Both the position numbers and the translations under genes were made by a program. Under the pieces are notes generated by a model. That model saw nothing but the letters and a program-made list of their open reading frames with translations. It was not told where the DNA came from and did no database searches. A DNA stretch of 40,720 bases, from NCBI GenBank assembly GCA_964599785.1, contig CAZRHW010000001.1, positions 1 to 40,720 on the forward strand. The letters run 5' to 3'. The first letter of the stretch is position 1. Each line of letters opens with the position of its first letter. The stretch is from an uncultured Bacteroides sp. (GTDB lineage Bacteria > Bacteroidota > Bacteroidia > Bacteroidales > SM23-62). This document shows positions 18,443 to 26,103 of this stretch, one piece after another.

Positions 18443-19639
18443 GTGAACAGGGCAAAAACATACGATGAAATAAAACCGTTAATCGATATGTGCAAAGCCG
18501 GAAAGGTTTTTGAGGTTCAGGATTGGATTGCAGCCGGCAAGCCGGTAAACCCACCACCGCCTGAAAAAGGGATCAGGCGAAAGCGACCGCTGGAAGTTGC
18601 CATCGACCGCGGAATTCATAGCCTTGTTCAGGTGTTGTTGGAGGCTGGAGCAGATATAGATGATCCGGGGTACAATGCCCTTGAACATGCACTTTTTGAA
18701 CGCCGACTGGATTTGATTAAGCTGCTTGTGAATCATGGTGTCGATATTCATTCAGTAGCGATGATTCTGGTATTCGAATCCTGGGATCCAAAAATAATCG
18801 AATATTTTATTGAACAGGGAGCCGATGTCGAAACCGATGGTCCGTTGGCAACTGCATTGTGCTGGAAAATCCGAACAGCTCTCGGTGTTTTCAAGCGTCA
18901 TAAACATCAGTATCCCAGCTTTCAGGAGCAAATTAATATCGCACTTCGCCACCACTGCAATGAAGGCAATCTTAAGTGGGTGTCACTGATGTTGTGGGCC
19001 GGGGCTGATCCATACGCAAAGGGTTTGGATTCCCCGGGTGAGGAACCAGACCCTGACGAGGATATTTCTGCATTAGAGTATGCGGCCCTGGGCGGCCATC
19101 TCGATATTTTCAAACTCAAACAGATCCAACTGGATCCAAAACACCCTATTGCAAATGATCTTCTTCAATATGCCTGCTGGCCTGGAAAAGCAGACATCTT
19201 GAAATTACTTATAGAGAAAGGATTTAGCCCTAAATATTGCCCTAATAGCGGAACGTCTTTGATTCAGTCCTGTCTGAGAAACATGAGCTGGTCTGTTGAT
19301 TTCTTTTACCGCAACAAAAAAAGAGATCTTGATTCAACTCGATCAAGGGAAAAAATAAAAATGATCCATATGTTGGTAAAGTCCGGTGGCAAATGGATGC
19401 CCGAGGAACGGTATTCGATCAATGATGCCAGACGAGAGTTGCTAAAAATGACCCCGGATTATACTTTAGAATTCATTTGGATTCTGACAAAATATAATGC
19501 CAGCACCCGTAAAAACCTCGAACAACTCGTTCGCACACCCACAATCCGAGCCCTGGTTGCAGTTCATCTTCCCAAAATACAAAAAATGATCGCATCGATG
19601 AATCCTGATAAATCTGACATGAAATCCCCGACTGACTGA
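18443..19639 (+). CDS. Ankyrin-repeat protein
   Basis: Repeats of the type PLEVAIDRGIHSLVQVLLEAGADID, NALEHALFERRLDLIKLLVNHGVDIH and SALEYAALGGHLDIFKL. GTG start at 18443, 23 nt after the upstream gene (the alternative is ATG 18488). Confidence 0.75.
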   Translation: MNRAKTYDEIKPLIDMCKAGKVFEVQDWIAAGKPVNPPPPEKGIRRKRPLEVAIDRGIHSLVQVLLEAGADIDDPGYNALEHALFERRLDLIKLLVNHGVDIHSVAMILVFESWDPKIIEYFIEQGADVETDGPLATALCWKIRTALGVFKRHKHQYPSFQEQINIALRHHCNEGNLKWVSLMLWAGADPYAKGLDSPGEEPDPDEDISALEYAALGGHLDIFKLKQIQLDPKHPIANDLLQYACWPGKADILKLLIEKGFSPKYCPNSGTSLIQSCLRNMSWSVDFFYRNKKRDLDSTRSREKIKMIHMLVKSGGKWMPEERYSINDARRELLKMTPDYTLEFIWILTKYNASTRKNLEQLVRTPTIRALVAVHLPKIQKMIASMNPDKSDMKSPTD

Positions 19640-19779
19640 TGGTTGGGCTTTAAGGCGAAAAAATGGATGGAGAAAGGTTCCGCTATAGAATTAGGCTCTC
19701 TAATATTTTCTCAAAAAAATTGTTTTCAATAGGTTTCTCACCTCTTTTTACGTGATCAAATTTTTCAAATTAAGAAGGG

Positions 19780-19812
19780 CAAAATTGAGTTTTCGAGAGG
19801 GGGTCAATTTTG
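19780..19812 (-). terminator. Hairpin downstream of the minus-strand small-gene run
   Basis: On the minus strand: CAAAATTGA, a 15-nt loop, TCAATTTTG, then CCCTTCTTAATTT. Lies 18 nt after the stop at 19830. Confidence 0.4.
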
Positions 19813-19829
19813 GGTTGTCGTTTTTTTTA

Positions 19830-20243
19830 TCATTGTGGGAGCAAATCGTATCTGTCCTCGTAAGGGTGCGGCTGCGTCCAGTTGAGACCCCAGATGCTAT
19901 CTTCCCCTAATCCTCTACCCATCGCTTTCTTTTTATACTCACGCCAGAGGCTCATAGTAGTTCCGCTGTCCATCAGGAAAACTCTGGGAGTTTCTTTCTC
20001 CGGCACATACACAAAAGCAAAATAAAATTCTTGATTTGGTTCTCGCTCGTTAAACCGCCAAAAATTTCTTGTACGTTGCCCCTTCACATCAATCTCAAAG
20101 TGTTTGCCAGATGGACTGACAACAAGAAGATCGACAGTTGGAAACCGACTATCCGTGATTTGAACATTGTATCCTCTTTTGGCAAGTTGGTACATGAGAT
20201 ATCCACGTGCCATTTGCTCCACATTGTGTCGTGATAGTTTCAT
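19830..20243 (-). CDS. Small PD-(D/E)xK-like (Hjc/restriction endonuclease-like) protein
   Basis: 137 aa. Motifs FPTVDLLVV ... HFEIDVKGQ (D ... ExK-type). Confidence 0.5.
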   Translation of the reverse strand: MKLSRHNVEQMARGYLMYQLAKRGYNVQITDSRFPTVDLLVVSPSGKHFEIDVKGQRTRNFWRFNEREPNQEFYFAFVYVPEKETPRVFLMDSGTTMSLWREYKKKAMGRGLGEDSIWGLNWTQPHPYEDRYDLLPQ

Positions 20244-20313
20244 GGTTTAGTCCTAACCCCAATCGCCTGGCATAAAGCGAAACGTCGCTTTTCCGTCAGT
20301 GTTGAGCGGCTGG

Positions 20314-20826
20314 TTAGCCAAGAATTTCATTTTCAATTCGTCTAAAATCTACTCTTAGTTGATCTATTATTCTTAAAAATTCAATTGGTTCAAAAGCAAA
20401 TGCCCCTTCCCATTCATTACCTTTTTTGTCAGTAGGATATTTGTGTAGTTGGTCAGATGGTGGTTGTTGCTTTTTAACAAGTTCAACTATTTCTGGTTCT
20501 AAGCCTAAATATTCAGTCCTAAACGGTAGACCAAATCTATATCGCTCATTAGGATACAGACTATTGTATCGCCTATAGTAACCATCGATGTTATGGCTCA
20601 GTTTTTCTTTTGGATTTTTAGCAAGAATAGCTCCCTTCAGGAAAAGCTCTACCGCATGGAATGTTAAATATAAAACAACACAACCTCTTGTATATGTTGC
20701 TTTTTTAGTAAATCTTTTAAGGACAACACAAAGTCGTCTTGCTGAATCTAAATATGCTTCTGAAAATGAGAAGAATTGCTCTGTTAAATCTTTTCCTGAT
20801 AGCTCCCAATTTCCATAAAGTTTCAT
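20314..20826 (-). CDS. HEPN-like domain protein
   Basis: ORF trimmed to ATG 20826 (MKLYGNW...). The pattern HAVELFLKGAILAKNPKEKLSHNIDGYYRRY resembles the classical HEPN (A.E..LKA ... H.L) signature. Confidence 0.45.
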   Translation of the reverse strand: MKLYGNWELSGKDLTEQFFSFSEAYLDSARRLCVVLKRFTKKATYTRGCVVLYLTFHAVELFLKGAILAKNPKEKLSHNIDGYYRRYNSLYPNERYRFGLPFRTEYLGLEPEIVELVKKQQPPSDQLHKYPTDKKGNEWEGAFAFEPIEFLRIIDQLRVDFRRIENEILG

Positions 20827-20933
20827 ATTTAATTTTGTCGAACAACTTGGGTTACCAGCAGCGACGCCCAACTAACCGCATCAGCGCTGCCGCGCTTCTC
20901 GCTGTCTGGTTGACCCTTTTATTGGGCAATGCC

Positions 20934-21512
20934 CTATTTTATCAATTTTTTCCGTGATCCAATTCTGCGGACCATACCTAAATTTTTGATTTTTGATCGA
21001 CCTTTTTCTGGGCTATAAAACCTTGAGCCAGCAAAACTGAATAAATATGAGCCACTTGTTAATTTCAAAGAGCCAATATTCGCTCTTTGCATCACTCTGC
21101 GAAGCATACTCACCTCAGACATAGAGTATTTATTCCTTTCATCATGTTTGTATTTGTGCTCAAAATCGTAATCGAAAAAAAGCTGGATATCCGGATAGAT
21201 TACAATGAAATCAATGAATTGGTTTTCATGTGTGCAAAGCGTATATGAGTGGGCTTGTGACATACAATCAAGGAGCTTTTTAACACTTTCGTTTTTTATT
21301 GGCGATTTTACCTCAATAGCAATTTTGAATGCATCGAATCCAGCGTCAATTAAGTGCTGTTTTGGTTCAAGAATGAAATCAACTCTGATCATTTCGTCGT
21401 TTATTGGCCATTTAATCCATTGCTCTGGCTTGATTTCAAAGTCATTTGCGAGGGCACTTTGCTTGATATCTCTTTTGTATTCAGGTTCTGTTTTGTAAAT
21501 ATTTACTGTCAT
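20934..21512 (-). CDS. Small PD-(D/E)xK-like nuclease-fold protein
   Basis: ORF 20934-21566 with probable start ATG 21512 (MTVNIYK). Motifs MIRVDFILE ... FKIAIEVKSP. Confidence 0.45.
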   Translation of the reverse strand: MTVNIYKTEPEYKRDIKQSALANDFEIKPEQWIKWPINDEMIRVDFILEPKQHLIDAGFDAFKIAIEVKSPIKNESVKKLLDCMSQAHSYTLCTHENQFIDFIVIYPDIQLFFDYDFEHKYKHDERNKYSMSEVSMLRRVMQRANIGSLKLTSGSYLFSFAGSRFYSPEKGRSKIKNLGMVRRIGSRKKLIK

Positions 21513-21670
21513 AGGAGACAATGTATGTCGATGATTAACTGATATCCTGCTTCTCCCGCCCAACAAATAATTATATATTTCTGTATATCATTTAATTTGT
21601 AATGATATAGAGAAAAGTTATAAAATGTGATGTCCGCACATTTCAGATACTAATCAGTAATTTCCAAAAG

Positions 21671-21707
21671 AGAAACCCCGCCTCTCTCTGTGAGAAACGG
21701 GGTTTCT
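21671..21707 (-). terminator. Intrinsic terminator candidate for the small membrane-protein genes
   Basis: On the minus strand: AGAAACCCCG, a 17-nt loop, CGGGGTTTCT, followed by CTTTTGG. Confidence 0.55.
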
Positions 21708-21908
21708 TATACCATCATAAGCCATCCCTTTGTTCAAAGTTAAAGAAAATATCTTGAATGATTTTATCAATTCACAGAATTAACCTAATATGTCAAGGAA
21801 ATTGCTAAAAACGCCACGTTGTAACGGGAAAAGCTATACTGTAGATTTTTTTCAATTCCGCTTGATCTCTAATTTTTACCTCATATGTGGCTTGTAATTA
21901 TGATTCTC

Positions 21909-22187
21909 TTACTTATTAAGTGCGTCATAAAGCGCCTTGAACACAACAGAAGCATTATCTTTAGGATCCCCATCGATATGTTTGGCGATATTTTTCGATG
22001 TTTTCTTCAGTCGGTATATCCAGTGCAGCCATACTACAATTATACCGATTACAAATAGCAACGAAAGAATACTCTCATACAGACCGCTTTTAATCGGATC
22101 CGAATATGGATATTCAGCAAAACAAACCGAACTCGAAAATAGAACAACGAGTTCGGAAGTAATTATCTTGTTAAAAATCTTCATCAT
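21909..22187 (-). CDS. Small secreted or membrane protein (92 aa)
   Basis: Signal-like N-terminus MMKIFNKIITSELVVLFSSSVCFA and one further hydrophobic helix, ILSLLFVIGIIVVWLHWIY. Confidence 0.55.
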   Translation of the reverse strand: MMKIFNKIITSELVVLFSSSVCFAEYPYSDPIKSGLYESILSLLFVIGIIVVWLHWIYRLKKTSKNIAKHIDGDPKDNASVVFKALYDALNK

Positions 22188-22342
22188 TAATTATCCTTTT
22201 TCCCGGAATTCTTTTTCTTAGACAGTTCAACAATCCCTATGCCCGCCTTCTCTATAAAGCTAAATGTAAAATGGTTGTACGCCAGACAAATAACGATAAA
22301 TACAACAATTGCAATCGCTCCCATTATGTATTCGATATCCAT
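22187..22342 (-). CDS. Untracked 51-aa single-pass membrane peptide
   Basis: MDIEYIMGAIAIVVFIVICLAYNHFTFSFIEKAGIGIVELSKKKNSGKKDN. AGGAGA lies 5 nt upstream of ATG 22342. Its TAA overlaps the next ATG (TAATG) at 22187. Confidence 0.5.
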   Translation of the reverse strand: MDIEYIMGAIAIVVFIVICLAYNHFTFSFIEKAGIGIVELSKKKNSGKKDN

Positions 22343-22421
22343 GGTGTTCTCCTAAAACTTATCAATAATAGATGGATGGAATCAGCATATTGTATATAAA
22401 AATTGCTCAGTGCGGTTTTTT

Positions 22422-22745
22422 TCAGATCAGCACCCGTTGGCGTATCGTTTCCCGTATGTTACGGTGACCGTCTATAATGCCGTGAATGATAACTACTTTT
22501 CCGATGATTTGATAGATGATTCGATAATTTTTAATGACAATTTGGCGGCATAACGTTTCGATGAGACCTTCGAGTTCAGATGGAACATCGCCATGCCCGG
22601 TTTTTTTTGACAAGCTATCACAAGCTTGGAAGAGCGTTTTTAATAACTGCTTGGCTGTTTCAGGCCTGCCATCGGCTTTGATGTAACGATAAATTTTTAA
22701 CAGATCTTGCTTTGCCCCGGTTGTAAATTCGACATCGAATTTCAT
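22422..22745 (-). CDS. Type II toxin, RelE/ParE family (ParE-like)
   Basis: 107 aa. Segments AKQDLLKIYRYI ... NYRIIYQIIGKVVIIHGIIDGHRN. 4-nt overlap with the upstream antitoxin gene. Confidence 0.8.
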   Translation of the reverse strand: MKFDVEFTTGAKQDLLKIYRYIKADGRPETAKQLLKTLFQACDSLSKKTGHGDVPSELEGLIETLCRQIVIKNYRIIYQIIGKVVIIHGIIDGHRNIRETIRQRVLI

Positions 22746-23029
22746 TTTTTAGAAAAATCCTTTGAAATCGTGTCTTCAAATTCTTTAAGCAACTTTTTGG
22801 CCGGGATGGTTTTTCCTTCTTCAAAGTCCTTTTGCCCTTGAGCGACCATTTTCAGCAGAGCCAGAGTCTCTTGAATCCGCTCATACTCCGTAATATCCTG
22901 GATGACCGCTTTCGCTTCTCCATGTTGGGTAATGATCATAGTGCCGTGCTGCTCGTTAAGCTCGCGGATCACATCTGCAGCATGCGCCTTGAAATAGCTA
23001 ATCGGTTTTATGGCTTGACTAAACTTCAT
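22742..23029 (-). CDS. Type II antitoxin, Phd/YefM family
   Basis: 95 aa. Segment ISYFKAHAADVIRELNEQHGTMIITQHGEAKAVIQDITEYERIQETLALLK. Confidence 0.8.
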   Translation of the reverse strand: MKFSQAIKPISYFKAHAADVIRELNEQHGTMIITQHGEAKAVIQDITEYERIQETLALLKMVAQGQKDFEEGKTIPAKKLLKEFEDTISKDFSKK

Positions 23030-23049
23030 TTTAAAGTCCTTATTTAGTT

Positions 23050-23079
23050 TTTAAATAGTCTATTAATAGACTATTTAAA
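23050..23079. promoter_or_regulatory. Perfect 30-bp palindrome, probable Phd/ParE operator
   Basis: TTTAAATAGTCTATT|AATAGACTATTTAAA, 21 nt upstream of the antitoxin ATG (23029). Confidence 0.6.
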
Positions 23080-23441
23080 GTTTTTTGTCAACCCACAGAT
23101 TGATCCTTTTTTATAGAAATCTGTTTAACCTCAATTAAGCAGAAACAAAACGGTGATGAACATTAAATTTTCAATAATGCAGGGTCTTGTTCGCCCTCAA
23201 ATTTCAGAAGATAATGTATAATGAATCTTTTATGAAGAAATCACGGTAGGTTTTTCTCAGATCTCAAAAGGGATGATTGGATGGTATTATTCTCATATTG
23301 CAAGTCTGAATTAATTTGTAAACTCTAGAAGATATATTAGGTTATCGCATCATGATTTTTGGCTTAATATACGGTTATTAAAACTAAAATCGGCACTCTA
23401 AGCCTTTTTTGCGCAAAAAACAACAATGGCAGCATTAAAAA

Positions 23442-24104
23442 TCAAACTTTTGGCGAGGTCTGCCTCGGCTTGTTGTCCCATTTTTTTTCATAATAAGATG
23501 TTACCAAAAAGTAAGAAATCCAGTGGATAAATAAACTAATTATTGGGATGGCAATAAAATAGCTTGTTTTTGGAAATTGATTGCAAAAGCTTAGAGTAAT
23601 ATATAGCCACAAATAAAAACCATCAATAATAGAAAAAGTCAATACTATGAACAAAAACCCATGAAATCCGTTGAATTTAGGTTTTTTATTATCAGTTGGA
23701 AGAACTTTTATCTTCGATCTGTCAATCTGATTATTTTTTAAATATTTATAAAAATACCACCGGATACCATTTACTTGCCTTGCGTAAAGTAGTGCATCTA
23801 TTTGTAAGCCAGTTATATATAGCATAACAACTAAACCAACAAAGAAAAGAAGAAGTGAAACGATAGATACAACGTTAACGATTAATCCAAGTGTATTTAA
23901 TTCAGATAATTTCGTAAATAAGAATGCCGAGAATGGTGCAGGTAATGCAATAATGAGAAGGTAATATCTAAAAAAAGCAGTTAAAGTTTGTTTAGTGTTG
24001 AAATGAGCCTGAGCTATATTGTCATATTCCTTCAAAAGAAAATCGTTGAATTCCTTTTTTGCAAAAGCTTCTATTGCATGCTCGTTATATGAAGTATTCA
24101 TCAT
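23442..24104 (-). CDS. Multi-pass (about 4 TM) membrane protein of unknown function
   Basis: Soluble N-terminus of about 45 aa, then hydrophobic helices YYLLIIALPAPFSAFLF, VVSIVSLLLFFVGLVVMLYI, FHGFLFIVLTFSIIDGFYLWLYI and YFIAIPIISLFIHWISYFLV. Lies 152 nt downstream of the radical SAM gene. Confidence 0.6.
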   Translation of the reverse strand: MMNTSYNEHAIEAFAKKEFNDFLLKEYDNIAQAHFNTKQTLTAFFRYYLLIIALPAPFSAFLFTKLSELNTLGLIVNVVSIVSLLLFFVGLVVMLYITGLQIDALLYARQVNGIRWYFYKYLKNNQIDRSKIKVLPTDNKKPKFNGFHGFLFIVLTFSIIDGFYLWLYITLSFCNQFPKTSYFIAIPIISLFIHWISYFLVTSYYEKKWDNKPRQTSPKV

Positions 24105-24256
24105 AAAATCGATAGCTCCGTAAGATTTTGATTATTGAGAAAATGATTTTAATTTAACAATCAGAATTCTGCTAGTTGCTATCTTTTTTATAAAATTAGA
24201 ACCTATTAATCCTAATAAAAAGTAATGTGATAATATCTAAATTAAAAATACAAACC

Positions 24257-25642
24257 CTATCCGTTTCTTCTATTTTCCTTAGTAATACGATCGGCCTCAA
24301 GGTAATGTTCCAAAATTCGACGAAATCGCGGAGATTTAGAACGCTTATAATGAACGTTGTTGACTGGCCCTTCAGAATGAATATTATAAAGCATTTGGCG
24401 TTGGTTTTCAGTCAATGAATGATAAATACGAGACCAATCAGCAGCGCCATTATTTTCGTGGAGCCTTCTATGAATTATATATTCATCAGGCATTAATGCT
24501 ATCTCGATAAACTGTTGCGGGGATTCTCCAAAGGCAGCTTTAAAAAATTCCATCCGGGGCGAAACCATTCCGCGCGTAGCTATAAGAATACATTGGATGC
24601 CTCGAAGGAGTTTCCTGTTCCAATTTTTCCCCACATGGCTTCGGTCCTTTGATGTCAAAGGAATGTACTTCATTGGGAAAGAGTATATTTTTGTTCCTAA
24701 TTCTTCATTAAGCGCACAGTTAATCCGTAGACGTTCATAAAAGTCAGTCGGTGTGTCTGTATAATTGTACAAGACGTAGTTGGATAAATTTAGTAATTCA
24801 TATTTGACCGCTAGCCTAATACGTGATACATAACGGTTTTTCATTGTGATATGGTCGAAAGCGATTCTTAGTGGCCTAATAGCTGTTTCTGAAAGCAATG
24901 CCATCTTCTTTTCTGAGAGTTCGCGCGCATCAACACCTTGATTGAAATCGACACATCTCATCCGCCCCCGGAGCTTGGCACCGCGTTCGAAACCCAATGC
25001 TTTAATATCGTGAATTATCCTTTTAAAAAAACGTGAAGCTAACACATTATTATCCAGAAGTATCAAATCCTGTTTTGCCCCATATACATCTTCTATGCCT
25101 TTGATTTGTCGTTGCATGGGTAAATAATGACGAAAACATGGTTCGATTTTATGAACAGCACAAAATTTGCACCGGTTGGGGCAACCACGCGTGGCATAGG
25201 CAATATAGGCATCCTGAACACCATAAATATAGTCGATTGACTCCAAGATTTGGTAATCAGGAATGAGCGCATCAACAATAGTGGGATTCCCTTTATCCAA
25301 CATACCGGGCTTATCTATAAGCCCAGGTATGATAGTTACTCCTGTTTCCTTGCGAATATCGTCCTCCAATAAGGTCGCCATAACCCCACCTACAATCACA
25401 TTTTCTGATTGAGCTACAGATTTCTTGTAATACAATATGGTCCGGATTGTTTTCGACCAAAAAAATGTAAATAGAGTGCTAATATATATTCTATCCCAGC
25501 TTTGACTTCGAAATGAAGCTCTGCGACCTTTTACAAATTGGACTTCATCGCCTAACAGCTTGTGATAAGACGATATCTTCATAAGCCCAAGAGGTGGGTA
25601 TTTGTTCTGGTATCCTGGTTCAACAAGCAATATTCGTCTCAT
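24257..25642 (-). CDS. Radical SAM enzyme with an N-terminal Rossmann/B12-binding-like domain
   Basis: Cluster motif YATRGCPNRCKFCAV (CxxxCxxC). N-terminus MRRILLVEPGYQNKYPPLGLMKISSY resembles class-B-type radical SAM proteins. Last gene of the coupled operon. Confidence 0.8.
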   Translation of the reverse strand: MRRILLVEPGYQNKYPPLGLMKISSYHKLLGDEVQFVKGRRASFRSQSWDRIYISTLFTFFWSKTIRTILYYKKSVAQSENVIVGGVMATLLEDDIRKETGVTIIPGLIDKPGMLDKGNPTIVDALIPDYQILESIDYIYGVQDAYIAYATRGCPNRCKFCAVHKIEPCFRHYLPMQRQIKGIEDVYGAKQDLILLDNNVLASRFFKRIIHDIKALGFERGAKLRGRMRCVDFNQGVDARELSEKKMALLSETAIRPLRIAFDHITMKNRYVSRIRLAVKYELLNLSNYVLYNYTDTPTDFYERLRINCALNEELGTKIYSFPMKYIPLTSKDRSHVGKNWNRKLLRGIQCILIATRGMVSPRMEFFKAAFGESPQQFIEIALMPDEYIIHRRLHENNGAADWSRIYHSLTENQRQMLYNIHSEGPVNNVHYKRSKSPRFRRILEHYLEADRITKENRRNG

Positions 25643-25657
25643 TTGATTCCCTGCAAT

Positions 25658-26101
25658 TTATTCACCGGCCTTCTCATAAACATATGCGAGCAGCACTTTC
25701 GGTAGTTCCTTTGAGCAACTTGGGTCTAACCGCAAATCGTCTCCGCGAGATAAGGTATATTCACCCAGCACATCTTCCAATAAAATATTCATACCAGCAT
25801 TTGCATATTCCTCGATCGTCGCGATTACAACCCTGTCATCTGCTATAACCGAGAAATCCATATCATTGGTTTCTATCAACATGGCGTAATAGCTTGCATA
25901 TTCTTCCGGAGTAATTGTGCTTGACCAAAAGCGGTCATCACCATTCCGTCCAAGGGGTTTTTTCTTGCCTTTTCGATAACCCAGACACGCACAGAGAAAA
26001 AATATTTCGTGCATATCTTTTGCCACGAAGTTCTTAAAATCGTTATAAATGGTACGATAGCGCCTATCTGTTCGAACACGAATATCGCCAGCAAGTTTCA
26101 T
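25658..26101 (-). CDS. Hypothetical 147-aa protein (Dnd-neighbourhood-like small protein; not DndE by eye)
   Basis: Starts 2 nt after the DndD-like stop. GGAGG lies 10 nt upstream. No motif recognised. Confidence 0.6.
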   Translation of the reverse strand: MKLAGDIRVRTDRRYRTIYNDFKNFVAKDMHEIFFLCACLGYRKGKKKPLGRNGDDRFWSSTITPEEYASYYAMLIETNDMDFSVIADDRVVIATIEEYANAGMNILLEDVLGEYTLSRGDDLRLDPSCSKELPKVLLAYVYEKAGE

Positions 26102-26103
26102 GT

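Noticed and set aside
20244-20933. A firm call of integron attC sites
   Set aside because: The R''/R' cores match only partially (GGTCAAC and GTTAGGA each deviate at one position from the RYYYAAC / GTTRRRY cores). No intI or attI is in the window, and I cannot run the attC covariance model. It is kept as a low-confidence finding rather than a feature.
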